Shown one piece after another: positions 55,812 to 64,000 of a stretch of DNA of 64,000 nt. The notes beneath the pieces are model-generated. The model saw only the letters and a program-made list of their open reading frames with translations. It did no database searches and had not been told where the DNA came from. How positions within the stretch are numbered: position 1 is the first letter of the stretch; each line of letters begins with the position of its first letter. This DNA is from Bdellovibrionales bacterium. GTDB lineage: Bacteria; Bdellovibrionota; Bdellovibrionia; Bdellovibrionales; UBA1609. Location: positions 1 through 64,000 of the forward strand of contig JAWLHR010000011.1 of the NCBI GenBank assembly GCA_041690295.1, in the 5' to 3' direction. The position numbers and the translations under genes were made by a program.

Positions 55812-56339
55812 TTAGGCCTCGACTTCAGGCGGGCGCTTCAGCTTGACGGCGACATCCGTGTAAACCGATTGGTTCTTGATGATGGCTCCGGGATTCTGCA
55901 CCACGCGCTGCTGCAGGCGGGTGAAAATCGGTTCGCGAATGGCCAATGAATTGTCCTGGAGAACCACTTGACGGGCCACTCGACTTTGCACGTGGATGAC
56001 AATCGGAGCCTTAAGGTTCGCCGTCATTTGAGTGGGATCGGACGGAATGGTGATGATCGAGAAAAACCGGATCCCTTCCGTCGACTTAAGTCCCATGATT
56101 TCCAGATCATGCTTGGTTAACTGCACCGTGTAGTTATTGGTGAACAGCTCCGGCTCAAGAAGCGGAAAAGCGATATTTGGGTCCTCACAACTTTGGAGCC
56201 AAGCGAAAATTTCATCGGTGGGGTCATCCAGCAGGACGAAGCGACGGAGTTCGTTGAAGCCCAATAGGCCTTCGGGAAAGTGAATAATGTCCTCTGACGT
56301 AATGGCCACCGCACCAAAACGGCTAGTTGAAATCACCAT
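55812..56339 (-). CDS. fliW: Flagellar assembly factor FliW
   Basis: 'FPEGLLGF', 'WLQS', 'TANLKAPIVI', 'QVVL'. Confidence 0.95.
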   Translation of the reverse strand: MVISTSRFGAVAITSEDIIHFPEGLLGFNELRRFVLLDDPTDEIFAWLQSCEDPNIAFPLLEPELFTNNYTVQLTKHDLEIMGLKSTEGIRFFSIITIPSDPTQMTANLKAPIVIHVQSRVARQVVLQDNSLAIREPIFTRLQQRVVQNPGAIIKNQSVYTDVAVKLKRPPEVEA

Positions 56340-56420
56340 TTCTTTCCCCCCCGGATCCAGGATGCCCCTAAAAAGGGGGACACTTCAAGATCTAATGAGG
56401 GTTAATAACGCGAAGCCGTG

Positions 56421-56651
56421 TTATTTGTTTTTAAGAAGCTCGGCGACCTGCTTAGCCCTGTCCGGATTGGCGGAGACGGATTCTTGGTTTTGATTCTGAA
56501 TCGCCAGGTAGACTTCCTCGCGGTGAATCTTGGTATCCTTGGGGGCCTCGATACCAAGCCTGACCTGTTTACCCTTTATCTGAACGACCCGAATTTTGAT
56601 ATGGTCATCGATCGCGATACTTTCGCCAAGTTTCCGGGTCAGAACCAACAT
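56421..56651 (-). CDS. csrA: Carbon storage regulator CsrA
   Basis: 'MLVLTRKLGESI', 'VRLGIEAP...IHREEVY'. Confidence 0.98.
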   Translation of the reverse strand: MLVLTRKLGESIAIDDHIKIRVVQIKGKQVRLGIEAPKDTKIHREEVYLAIQNQNQESVSANPDRAKQVAELLKNK

Positions 56652-56994
56652 TGGAAAGCTCCTTCAACATCCTAGTCAAAGTCACCGTTTCAGCGGATGT
56701 GCAACAAACGGCGATAACGAATCCTTTAACGGACGATCCGTAGAAAAACCTTAGCTAGTCGTAACCGGGTCCAAAGTCAAGAATGGGTCAAGGTCCACGA
56801 AGAGATCACAGACGACAAAGGGTGAGAATCCCCAGGACCATGAAAGGGCGCGGCAGTAAACTTGTTTAGAAACGGGACACTCCGGCGCCCAGGTGCTGTC
56901 GAACTTTTCGTCAAACGTCAATACCGCGATCGCCGAAACCCCGGATAAAAGTCATTCACAGGCCCCGAACCTGCAGTTCAATTATGTTTGAATT

Positions 56995-57288
56995 ATGAGA
57001 CGATTCTTTTTCGCTCTCATTTTAATCGCGTTCAGTTCACCGGCGGCGCTGGCTGGGGAAATCTCCACTTATCTTCAAGGCACAATTATTAAACGGACGC
57101 GACACGAACTCGTCGTGCAAACGGCCCGCGGCACCTATTGGGTGCGCACCAGCCGTCGCCCGCCGAGCTACACCCGCAAAGTGTCTGAAATTGAGACGGG
57201 CTTTTGGGTGAGACTGCGCGACATCAAGCGCTTCCGCCCCCATGTGATGGACGCGCGGAACTCGACGACCACCAACTACGCCAACTGA
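56995..57288 (+). CDS. Small secreted hypothetical protein
   Basis: Signal peptide MRRFFFALILIAFSSPAALA; GG-N10-GC element at 56961-56974. Confidence 0.6.
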   Translation: MRRFFFALILIAFSSPAALAGEISTYLQGTIIKRTRHELVVQTARGTYWVRTSRRPPSYTRKVSEIETGFWVRLRDIKRFRPHVMDARNSTTTNYAN

Positions 57289-57290
57289 TT

Positions 57291-58373
57291 CTATCTGAGA
57301 AAATCCAATAAACTGGGTTGAATGAGCTTTCCCGACGTTTGCAACGTGGCTTGCAAGGTGCTCTCGGTTTTATTGATATCGCTCACCGTTTCGAAAATAT
57401 CAGCGTCTTCCAACTGAGAAATCGAAACCTGATTTTCCACCTTGGCCTTCTCCAAGGTGTGTGTCAGATTATCGAGCCGCATCCCGCGCGCGCCGATTTG
57501 GGCGCGAGTCAACACCACTTGTGATAAGGCATCGTCCAAGAGATCGAGCGAATCCTGAATGCCCGCTTTGTCATTAGTGCGCAACGAAATCTCGAGGCCC
57601 TTGAGAATCCGGAACAGATTCACACCCTGAAGTTCCTTTTCCGCCTCGGGTTCGCTTGAAACTTCGGGCGTTCTCGCCGACATGCTGGCCGGTCCACGCA
57701 GGGCGGGCGCTTGAGTTTCATTGGACGGCGCGGGCTGAGACTTGGCGTTCGCCATTTGTTCCTGGAACTCTTCGATGGTTCGCGCCTGATTTTCCGTCTT
57801 CTGGACCAGCCCTTCGCGGTTCATGCCGATGCCGAGAAACACGCGCGATCCTGGCACGTTCATCGGAATGAAGGTCTCTTTTTCAATATGGATATTCATC
57901 TCGCCCGCATCACCGGAGTAACGGCCATGCTCGTCAAACGGAGGGTTGGTGGTTTTGTAACCGGCGAAAATGAAGCGATCACCCAGTTTGCGGTTACCGA
58001 TGCTCACCGCCGCGTTATGCAGCTGTTCCACTTCGGTGGCCACCACGCGACGGCTTTCTTCGTTGGCGCTGGCATCGTTGGCCTGATTGATCGCCAGTTC
58101 TTTGGCCCGCATGAGAATTTCACTCAAATCCGACAGCGACTGGTCGGTGATCTCAAGAAACGACTTGGCGTAGTTCAAGCTCTTGCTGAATTGGCGGTTA
58201 CTCTGCAAATCAATCCGGTTGGACAAAACCCTTGAAGCCGCCAGGGGATCATCGGAAGGCTTGGTCACCCGCTTTTGGGTCGCCGCCTGATTTTGCAATT
58301 CGGCCATTTGCGCGCGATTTTTCCCCACGTTGCTTTTGACTTGTTCAAATTGCATTTTATCGGCGACACGCAT
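57291..58373 (-). CDS. flgL: Hook-filament junction FlgL
   Basis: 'KRVTKPSDDP', 'FIFAGYKT', 'SLLDFLR'. Confidence 0.96.
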   Translation of the reverse strand: MRVADKMQFEQVKSNVGKNRAQMAELQNQAATQKRVTKPSDDPLAASRVLSNRIDLQSNRQFSKSLNYAKSFLEITDQSLSDLSEILMRAKELAINQANDASANEESRRVVATEVEQLHNAAVSIGNRKLGDRFIFAGYKTTNPPFDEHGRYSGDAGEMNIHIEKETFIPMNVPGSRVFLGIGMNREGLVQKTENQARTIEEFQEQMANAKSQPAPSNETQAPALRGPASMSARTPEVSSEPEAEKELQGVNLFRILKGLEISLRTNDKAGIQDSLDLLDDALSQVVLTRAQIGARGMRLDNLTHTLEKAKVENQVSISQLEDADIFETVSDINKTESTLQATLQTSGKLIQPSLLDFLR

Positions 58374-58386
58374 TTTCAATCACCTA

Positions 58387-59814
58387 TTAATAACGCCTTA
58401 AGTTCAAAACCGTATCCATCATCTCGTCCGCGGTGCGCACCAGTCGCGCGGAAGCGTCGAACGCTTTTTGGAACTCGATCATTTTCGTGGCTTCTTCGTC
58501 GAGACTCACGCCGCTGATACTCTCACGGATGTTTTTCAGCTGGCTCACGATATCTTTTTGCGATTCAGCTGAAGTCATTGATCGCTGGGCCTCAATACCG
58601 ATGGTGCCCACGATGGAGTTATAAAAATCATCAAAGGTGGCGCTTTTATCGTCCATCACCGCTTTATACTGAAGACCCGAAAGGACGTTCGCGATCCGGT
58701 TGTCGCCCGGCGCGCCGGGTTCACCGGCGGCGGCGATGAGGCTGACGTCTTCACTGATTCTCTCGTTCAGATTAATGACTTTCGAGGCTCCGGCTTTATC
58801 GCCGAGGTGAGTGAAGAACAATTCACCCGCGCGCCCTTTGCGGTCGTAACCCTGAACATGCGCCCTGTTCACTTCTTCGGAGAGCGTGTACGCCAGTTCA
58901 TCCATCTTACCGATCAATCCATTGCAAACTTCATCGCGAACCTGCAAAAGTCCGCCGATTTCGCCGCCGGTCAGCTGGCTGGTGACATTCACGGGCGTCG
59001 AGTTTTCAGTGGCGCGATAAAAAATGTCAAAACTCCCCTCGGCTTTACCGTCTCGGCCCGGTGTGGATCCCACGGTGAGTTCGGTGTGCGAATAACCCGA
59101 CACCAGAACCGCCGTGTTTCCGGCGGTGATCGTGAGGGAGCCGTCTTTGCTCTCGGCGTAGCGGATATTGATCTTCTGGCCGAGCTGTTTGATCAGTTCG
59201 TCCCGGCGGTCGCGCTCATCATTGGCCGGCACGCCGGTCACTTCCACCATCTGCACTTTTTCATTGAGACTGGCGATTTCTTTGGTGAGCTGGTTGATCT
59301 CCTCGATCTTCACCGCGATCCGAAAGTCGGCGTCTTTTTGAATCTCTTCAATCTGATGCGTGACCCGATGAAAGTCCTTGGCCAGATTTTCCGCCGTCTC
59401 TTTCACCTGAGTCCGCGTGGCGAGACTTTCCGGATTGTTGGACAATTCACGAAACGCATTAAAGAAATTGCCGAGCGAATGATTAAGACCTTTATTCACC
59501 TGCTCGTTATAAACTTCCTCGACCCGTCTCAACATGTCGGAGCGGCCGGTGAGGTAGCCGAGCTGCGCGCCCTCGCGTTCAAGTTGTTTTTCCAGGTATT
59601 CATTGTTCGTGCGCGTGACAAGACCCGCGCGCGCGCCCATGCCGATGCGGAGCTTGCCATGGCCGATCGGCTCGTTGGTGACCATCTCAACGCGTTGACG
59701 TGAATATCCCTCGGTGGATTTATTGGCGATATTATGTGCGGTCGTCTGTAAAGCCGTCTGTGAATTCATCATAGAACGGCGACCGACGTCCATCATGGAC
59801 CAGATTCGTGACAT
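58387..59814 (-). CDS. flgK: Hook-filament junction FlgK
   Basis: 'HNIAN...GYSRQRV', 'SGVSLDEE', 'FQKAFDASA'. Confidence 0.97.
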   Translation of the reverse strand: MSRIWSMMDVGRRSMMNSQTALQTTAHNIANKSTEGYSRQRVEMVTNEPIGHGKLRIGMGARAGLVTRTNNEYLEKQLEREGAQLGYLTGRSDMLRRVEEVYNEQVNKGLNHSLGNFFNAFRELSNNPESLATRTQVKETAENLAKDFHRVTHQIEEIQKDADFRIAVKIEEINQLTKEIASLNEKVQMVEVTGVPANDERDRRDELIKQLGQKINIRYAESKDGSLTITAGNTAVLVSGYSHTELTVGSTPGRDGKAEGSFDIFYRATENSTPVNVTSQLTGGEIGGLLQVRDEVCNGLIGKMDELAYTLSEEVNRAHVQGYDRKGRAGELFFTHLGDKAGASKVINLNERISEDVSLIAAAGEPGAPGDNRIANVLSGLQYKAVMDDKSATFDDFYNSIVGTIGIEAQRSMTSAESQKDIVSQLKNIRESISGVSLDEEATKMIEFQKAFDASARLVRTADEMMDTVLNLRRY

Positions 59815-59853
59815 ACTGTCCTCTCCTCTCGGCCATCCTGGCCGGAGGCGTGT

Positions 59854-60351
59854 TTATGCTTCCCGGCTCACCAGCTGGCCGGCGGGAGCGACTCCTTCAA
59901 CCTCTCCTTTTTTCTGATAGGTTGGTTTTTCCTGTAACGAGTTCTTAATCGCATTCATCGCGCCCGTCACATTGGATAAAGCGGATTGCACCAACGCTTC
60001 ATTGTTGCGGTTGTACTCCTGCACCCGCCGCAACAAGAGTTCCAATACCGAATGCAAATTGCGCAGTTTTTCGGCCGTGTCTTCCGGCACGTGGCGCGCG
60101 ATCTCTATGAGACGCGGTTCGGTGCCCGCGAGTCCCAGAGATTGATGAACTTGCAGCGCCGCTTTGATGCGCTCCTCTTCGAGCGTGCGGATCTTGATCA
60201 GCATGGCCTCTTTGGCGCGATTGTTTTCATTGAGGTCGTCGAGATTCGCGGAAATAAGGATTTCTTTTTCCTTACGAACGATATCCAGCAGATGGCGGTA
60301 AATTTTCACCTGCTCATCGAGAATCTGAACTAATGATTCAACTTCCCCCAC
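59854..60351 (-). CDS. flgN: Chaperone FlgN
   Basis: Between flgM and flgK; helical; 'N..N..L'. Confidence 0.88.
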   Translation of the reverse strand: MGEVESLVQILDEQVKIYRHLLDIVRKEKEILISANLDDLNENNRAKEAMLIKIRTLEEERIKAALQVHQSLGLAGTEPRLIEIARHVPEDTAEKLRNLHSVLELLLRRVQEYNRNNEALVQSALSNVTGAMNAIKNSLQEKPTYQKKGEVEGVAPAGQLVSREA

Positions 60352-60373
60352 CTAACGGCCCCCTCAAACCTTC

Positions 60374-60697
60374 CTAGTCCGGTAAGCTTAAATGCTCATC
60401 GACCAAGCGATCCGCGATCGCTTCGGCGTCGACTTTGTATTTTCCTTCATCAATCAACTTCTGCAATCGGGCGACTTTCGCTTCATCCACTTCCATCGGC
60501 TGGCTGGCGATCTCTTTCGCTTTTTGCATCAGCTGCGCCCGCTCCGAAAGATGAACGTTGGCCTTGGCGGCCCGTCCGGCTTCCGTTCCGCTGAGTTTCT
60601 CGCTCGCGGCGGAGTTTTTTCCGCTTTCCGCTTTGCCGGTTTTGACAGTGTCGAGTTTTCCCGTCATCGGTCCGATTTTATTATTCGTCACTTTCAT
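60374..60697 (-). CDS. flgM: Anti-sigma28 factor FlgM
   Basis: 'VHLS', 'KVARLQKLIDEGKYKVDAEAIADRL'. Confidence 0.95.
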   Translation of the reverse strand: MKVTNNKIGPMTGKLDTVKTGKAESGKNSAASEKLSGTEAGRAAKANVHLSERAQLMQKAKEIASQPMEVDEAKVARLQKLIDEGKYKVDAEAIADRLVDEHLSLPD

Positions 60698-60756
60698 TCA
60701 AGACCACCTTATTAATACTAGCGTATCATATTGAGACGAGCGCCGCACGCTCTACC

Positions 60757-61446
60757 CTATCCCCAATCCAATTTCCAGGCCAGAACGGGACGTCCGGGAT
60801 CCAATACACCCAACTTTCGTCCAGTCTCAATCACATCTCCCGCGCGCACATTGAGTTCATGGCCGGGAAATGTCAGTTCCGAGCGCAAATCTTGACCATG
60901 GTCCAAACGCACCATGTTCCATCCTTCTCCCAAGACGCGGGCTTCGCGGACTTCACCGTCGAGCGGCGCCAGCGCGTTCATCGGGGCGCCTGAAGCGTCG
61001 GGCACCTCAAAACGATAATGCAGTTTCGCTTCCGGCGTGGAGGGAAGAGTTTTCATTTGTATCGAGTCCACGGATTTGGGCTTATGAGCGCCATTGTCCG
61101 GTCCTATGGGGATCGCGCCTTTGGGCGGCGGCGTTCGTCCGCCGTTTCCGGTGGCGAGGTAGCGCTCGCGAATTTGATTATAAATCAAATCGGCAAGTCC
61201 CACGCCGCCTTGATTCGCCCACTCCTCCACGTATTTTTGATCCAGTTGTTCGGTGAAAATTTTCTCGGCGAAATTGGGTTTGAGAAATCCATTTTCGCGA
61301 TCAACCGTCTTGCGCATGGATTTCACCATTTCCTGCAGGAAATGGGATTCATACATTTTGGCCGCTTCACGTAATCGCCGGTCGTCTTCGGCGGCCTTAA
61401 CCTCGGGAGATTGCGGCCTGATGGAGAAGGAACTTTGGATTTTCAT
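60757..61446 (-). CDS. flgJ: FlgJ rod-binding domain plus degenerate M23-like domain
   Basis: 'LREAAKMYESHFLQEMVKSMRKTV', 'GLADLIYNQ'; C-terminal 'APLDGEV...VRLDHG...VRAGDVIETG'. Confidence 0.8.
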   Translation of the reverse strand: MKIQSSFSIRPQSPEVKAAEDDRRLREAAKMYESHFLQEMVKSMRKTVDRENGFLKPNFAEKIFTEQLDQKYVEEWANQGGVGLADLIYNQIRERYLATGNGGRTPPPKGAIPIGPDNGAHKPKSVDSIQMKTLPSTPEAKLHYRFEVPDASGAPMNALAPLDGEVREARVLGEGWNMVRLDHGQDLRSELTFPGHELNVRAGDVIETGRKLGVLDPGRPVLAWKLDWG

Positions 61447-61531
61447 CGAACACTTCCATTTGTTCGAAAGCCAAACAAAAAAAAGGGGAAAGTGAGTCAG
61501 ACCATTTTTTTCGCGCATCCTGCGCTATTTC

Positions 61532-61547
61532 AGCAACTCAAGTCCCG
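61532..61547 (-). promoter_or_regulatory. sigma54-type promoter candidate for flgJ
   Basis: Minus strand CGGGACTTGAGTTGCT (GG-N10-GC). Confidence 0.45.
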
Positions 61548-61689
61548 TGAGCCATCCTTGGCCCGCGACTTAAATTCGGTTTTTCGAGTTTCCTGCGAGA
61601 GAAAAACTTAAACCATTTATTGAACCGTCCTGGTCCTTTACGACTCTAACTCACCAACCCCCCCGGACGAGACATCCTGTCCACGTCCA

Positions 61690-62685
61690 TTAAAGTATTT
61701 CCAAATCCCCGTGCAATGCTCCAGCCGCTTTGATGCTCTGGAGAATTGTTATCAAATCCCTCGGCGACACTCCCAATTTGTTCATGGCTTTGACGATGTC
61801 GCCGACATTCGCCGACTCCTCGATCACCATGACTTTGTCGCCGTCTTTCTTCACCCCTTCGCCGGCCACTTTCACGGTGAGATCACCGTGACTGATCGCC
61901 ACCCGCGAAACTTTCACTCCGTGGCCGATCACGACCGTTCCCGTTTTCTCATTCACCACGACACGGGCCGCTTGATCGGGATTGATTTCAAGCGACTCGA
62001 TCAGCGCCAAAAGCTCCACGCCTCGGCCTTCATAGGGCGGCGGTGAAACCACGTCGACCGTACCCGCATCGAGCGCGGTCGCGAATTTTCCGGCCAGTTC
62101 CCTATTTATAATCTTGACAACGCGAGCGGCGGTTGTGAAGTCCGGGTTATGTAATGTGAGCCTAAACATCTTCCGGCTCGCGAACTCTTGGCCAATGTCG
62201 CGTTCGATGATCGCTCCGTTCGGCAATCGCGCCGAGGTTTCGTGCACACCGGCGCCCGAATGCCCGACGATCAGCGAACCTTGAGCGACGGCGTAGACTT
62301 GCTGGTCGGCCGCCCGAAGCGGCGTCTGCACTAAAGTTCCGCCCTTTAGGCTTGTGGCATCGCCCAAGGTGCTCACGGTGACATCCAGTTTGTTACCCGC
62401 GCGCGCGAACGGCGGCAGGTCGGCCGTGATGATCACCGCGGCCACGCTCTTACTGCTCACTTCCTTGCCTTGCACCTTCACGCCCAAGCGGTCCAACATG
62501 CGTTCGATGCTTTTGTTGGTGAATTCGGATTTGCTGTCACCCGTGCCATTCAAACCCACGACCACGCCGTAACCCACGAGTTGGTTGCTGCGCACGCCAC
62601 GAATATTGGCGATGTCTTTAAGCCGTGCCGCTTGCACGGCGGGCGCGAACAGGAAAACTAAAAGCGCCAGGAGCAATTGCTTCAC
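61690..62685 (-). CDS. flgI: P-ring protein FlgI
   Basis: 'RLKDIA..GVRSNQLVGYGVVVGLNGTGD', 'ARVVVNEKTGTVV', 'AGALH'. Confidence 0.98.
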   Translation of the reverse strand: MKQLLLALLVFLFAPAVQAARLKDIANIRGVRSNQLVGYGVVVGLNGTGDSKSEFTNKSIERMLDRLGVKVQGKEVSSKSVAAVIITADLPPFARAGNKLDVTVSTLGDATSLKGGTLVQTPLRAADQQVYAVAQGSLIVGHSGAGVHETSARLPNGAIIERDIGQEFASRKMFRLTLHNPDFTTAARVVKIINRELAGKFATALDAGTVDVVSPPPYEGRGVELLALIESLEINPDQAARVVVNEKTGTVVIGHGVKVSRVAISHGDLTVKVAGEGVKKDGDKVMVIEESANVGDIVKAMNKLGVSPRDLITILQSIKAAGALHGDLEIL

Positions 62686-63467
62686 AGTCCCTCCTCCTTG
62701 CGGCGGGCGCTCACGATATCAAACTTGGGATCCAACAATTTCGAAGCGGATATCCCTTCTTCATTGAAATCCTCGGCGCGAACGATTCCGGTGACGATCA
62801 CCTTGTACTCGCGCGATCCGATCATGAACGGCTGCGATCCTTTCACCCTGTAATTGCCATCCGTGGTGCGCTCGATAATGCGCGTGGGTACGGTCTTCAC
62901 GTTGAAATCCGCGAGCAGGTCTTCCTTGGATTTGTTCGGAGTTTCAACTTTGGCGGTTTCGGCCTTTTCTTTTTCTTTTTTGGTCTTATCGTCCTTGGAA
63001 TCGTCGGTCTCATTTTTCGCGTCGGCCGCCGCGGCCGCGGGACCGCGCAAGCGCGCCCGTTGCCGCTCCTCGATCCGCGCCAAGAGTTTCTTGATCACAC
63101 CCACTTTGGTGGTGAGCTGCTCGCGCGGATCCCCGTCAAGAGTCACGGCGATGGGATCGCCGACCAGACGAATCACGTTTTGCGCGAACAGGTAAGCGCC
63201 TTGGCCTTCCATCACCCACAAGGATCCGGCCTTGGCGTCGAGCGCGGATTCATCACGCAGACTTTCCTTGGTGGTCCGGCGGTACTGCCGCCGCACCCGG
63301 GGCGGCACATCCGGCGACTCGGAAAATTTCGTCAAGGTGGTTTTCGTGGTCGCTTCCGAAGTGGAGTTGCCGTTCAAAAAGGCTTTCAGCTTGCGATTGA
63401 AGCTCGCACATCCCGTCAGCGCCGAAACCATGAAGACCAAAACGGTCGAAGTGATCAAAAGTCTCAT
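62682..63467 (-). CDS. flgH: L-ring lipoprotein FlgH
   Basis: Lipobox LTGC; 'GSLW', 'VGD', 'GNYRVKG', 'TGIVRAED'. Confidence 0.88.
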   Translation of the reverse strand: MRLLITSTVLVFMVSALTGCASFNRKLKAFLNGNSTSEATTKTTLTKFSESPDVPPRVRRQYRRTTKESLRDESALDAKAGSLWVMEGQGAYLFAQNVIRLVGDPIAVTLDGDPREQLTTKVGVIKKLLARIEERQRARLRGPAAAAADAKNETDDSKDDKTKKEKEKAETAKVETPNKSKEDLLADFNVKTVPTRIIERTTDGNYRVKGSQPFMIGSREYKVIVTGIVRAEDFNEEGISASKLLDPKFDIVSARRKEEGL

Positions 63468-64000
63468 TTGAGCACCACTTCTCCCGGCCTCACCACCTGG
63501 CCGACGAGGATGTTGTTGGTTTTAGGATGTTTTAGATTAATCACGTCACCGATCATCGCGTCCTGTTGGGCCACGGCCGTCACCGAGACTTCCCACGCGC
63601 CTTCACCGGATTTCACTTGCACCAAATCGCCCCGGCGAACGGCTTTTTCCTTTTCCATGTTCGCCGCCCAAATCACATCACCGGCGCGAAGACCCTGCCT
63701 GAGTTTTCGGCCGATCAGTTCATCTTCCGCCGGCACGCCGTCGAGGGCGAAACTTGTATCGCGATAAGTCCACTCAAAATCATTCGCTTGCACCCGATCA
63801 CCCGGCGCCATCACCCGTTTCGCCACCGGCACTTTCTTGCGCACGATCAGGCGGCCGGTGATCCAAGCTTGAACCGGAGCCTGATCCATGCGGATGATGT
63901 CCACGGGAATGGAAAAGCTTCCGCGCGGAAGTTCCGATTTCACTTTCAATGTCCAATCGCGCACGCCTTGAATGGCCGGAAGACTCAAGCCCTCGATTTC
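63464..64000 (-). CDS. flgA: P-ring chaperone FlgA (5' end outside window)
   Basis: SAF-like 'VPVAKR...GD', 'VRRGDLV...A.QDA.IGD.I....P'; upstream of flgH. Confidence 0.9.
   Translation of the reverse strand, partial: EIEGLSLPAIQGVRDWTLKVKSELPRGSFSIPVDIIRMDQAPVQAWITGRLIVRKKVPVAKRVMAPGDRVQANDFEWTYRDTSFALDGVPAEDELIGRKLRQGLRAGDVIWAANMEKEKAVRRGDLVQVKSGEGAWEVSVTAVAQQDAMIGDVINLKHPKTNNILVGQVVRPGEVVLK

Noticed and set aside
58807..63767. Plus-strand ORFs 58807-59703 and 62625-63767
   Set aside because: Antisense shadows of flgK and flgH/flgA.

Overview
A gene-dense chromosomal window whose gene content and order point to a Bdellovibrio-like bacterium (Bdellovibrionota; this taxonomy is inferred, not searched). 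It contains housekeeping genes (smpB, rsmA, tsaD, cpoB/pal, coaD, rsmD, hrpB, rsmE, prmA, meaB) and secreted enzymes (a SleB-like wall hydrolase, an S8-CAP protease, HtrA). A TetR-linked glyoxylate shunt (aceB-aceA) sits inside a large flagellar region: flgA/H/I/J/M/N/K/L, csrA-fliW, flaG-fliD-fliS, a putative flagellin-glycosylation cluster, and four short flagellins, each with a sigma28-like promoter. I number the flagellins 1-4 from left to right. Two candidate novel systems stand out. (1) The flagellin UTRs are wired by complementarity. The first ~41 nt of the predicted flagellin-3 transcript carry perfect 15-nt and 17-nt antisense blocks to the flagellin-2 and flagellin-4 leaders. In addition, flagellins 1-3 show nested 5'UTR/3'UTR pairing, in flagellin 3 over a CsrA-type GGA hairpin. 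(2) An operon with three paralogous Cys-rich type IV pilin-like genes encloses a duplicated membrane domain and a spermidine-synthase-fold enzyme whose putrescine-binding acidic residues are altered. I recognised no rRNA, tRNA, CRISPR array or intact mobile element. All calls come from reading the sequence by eye; no database searches or folding programs were run.
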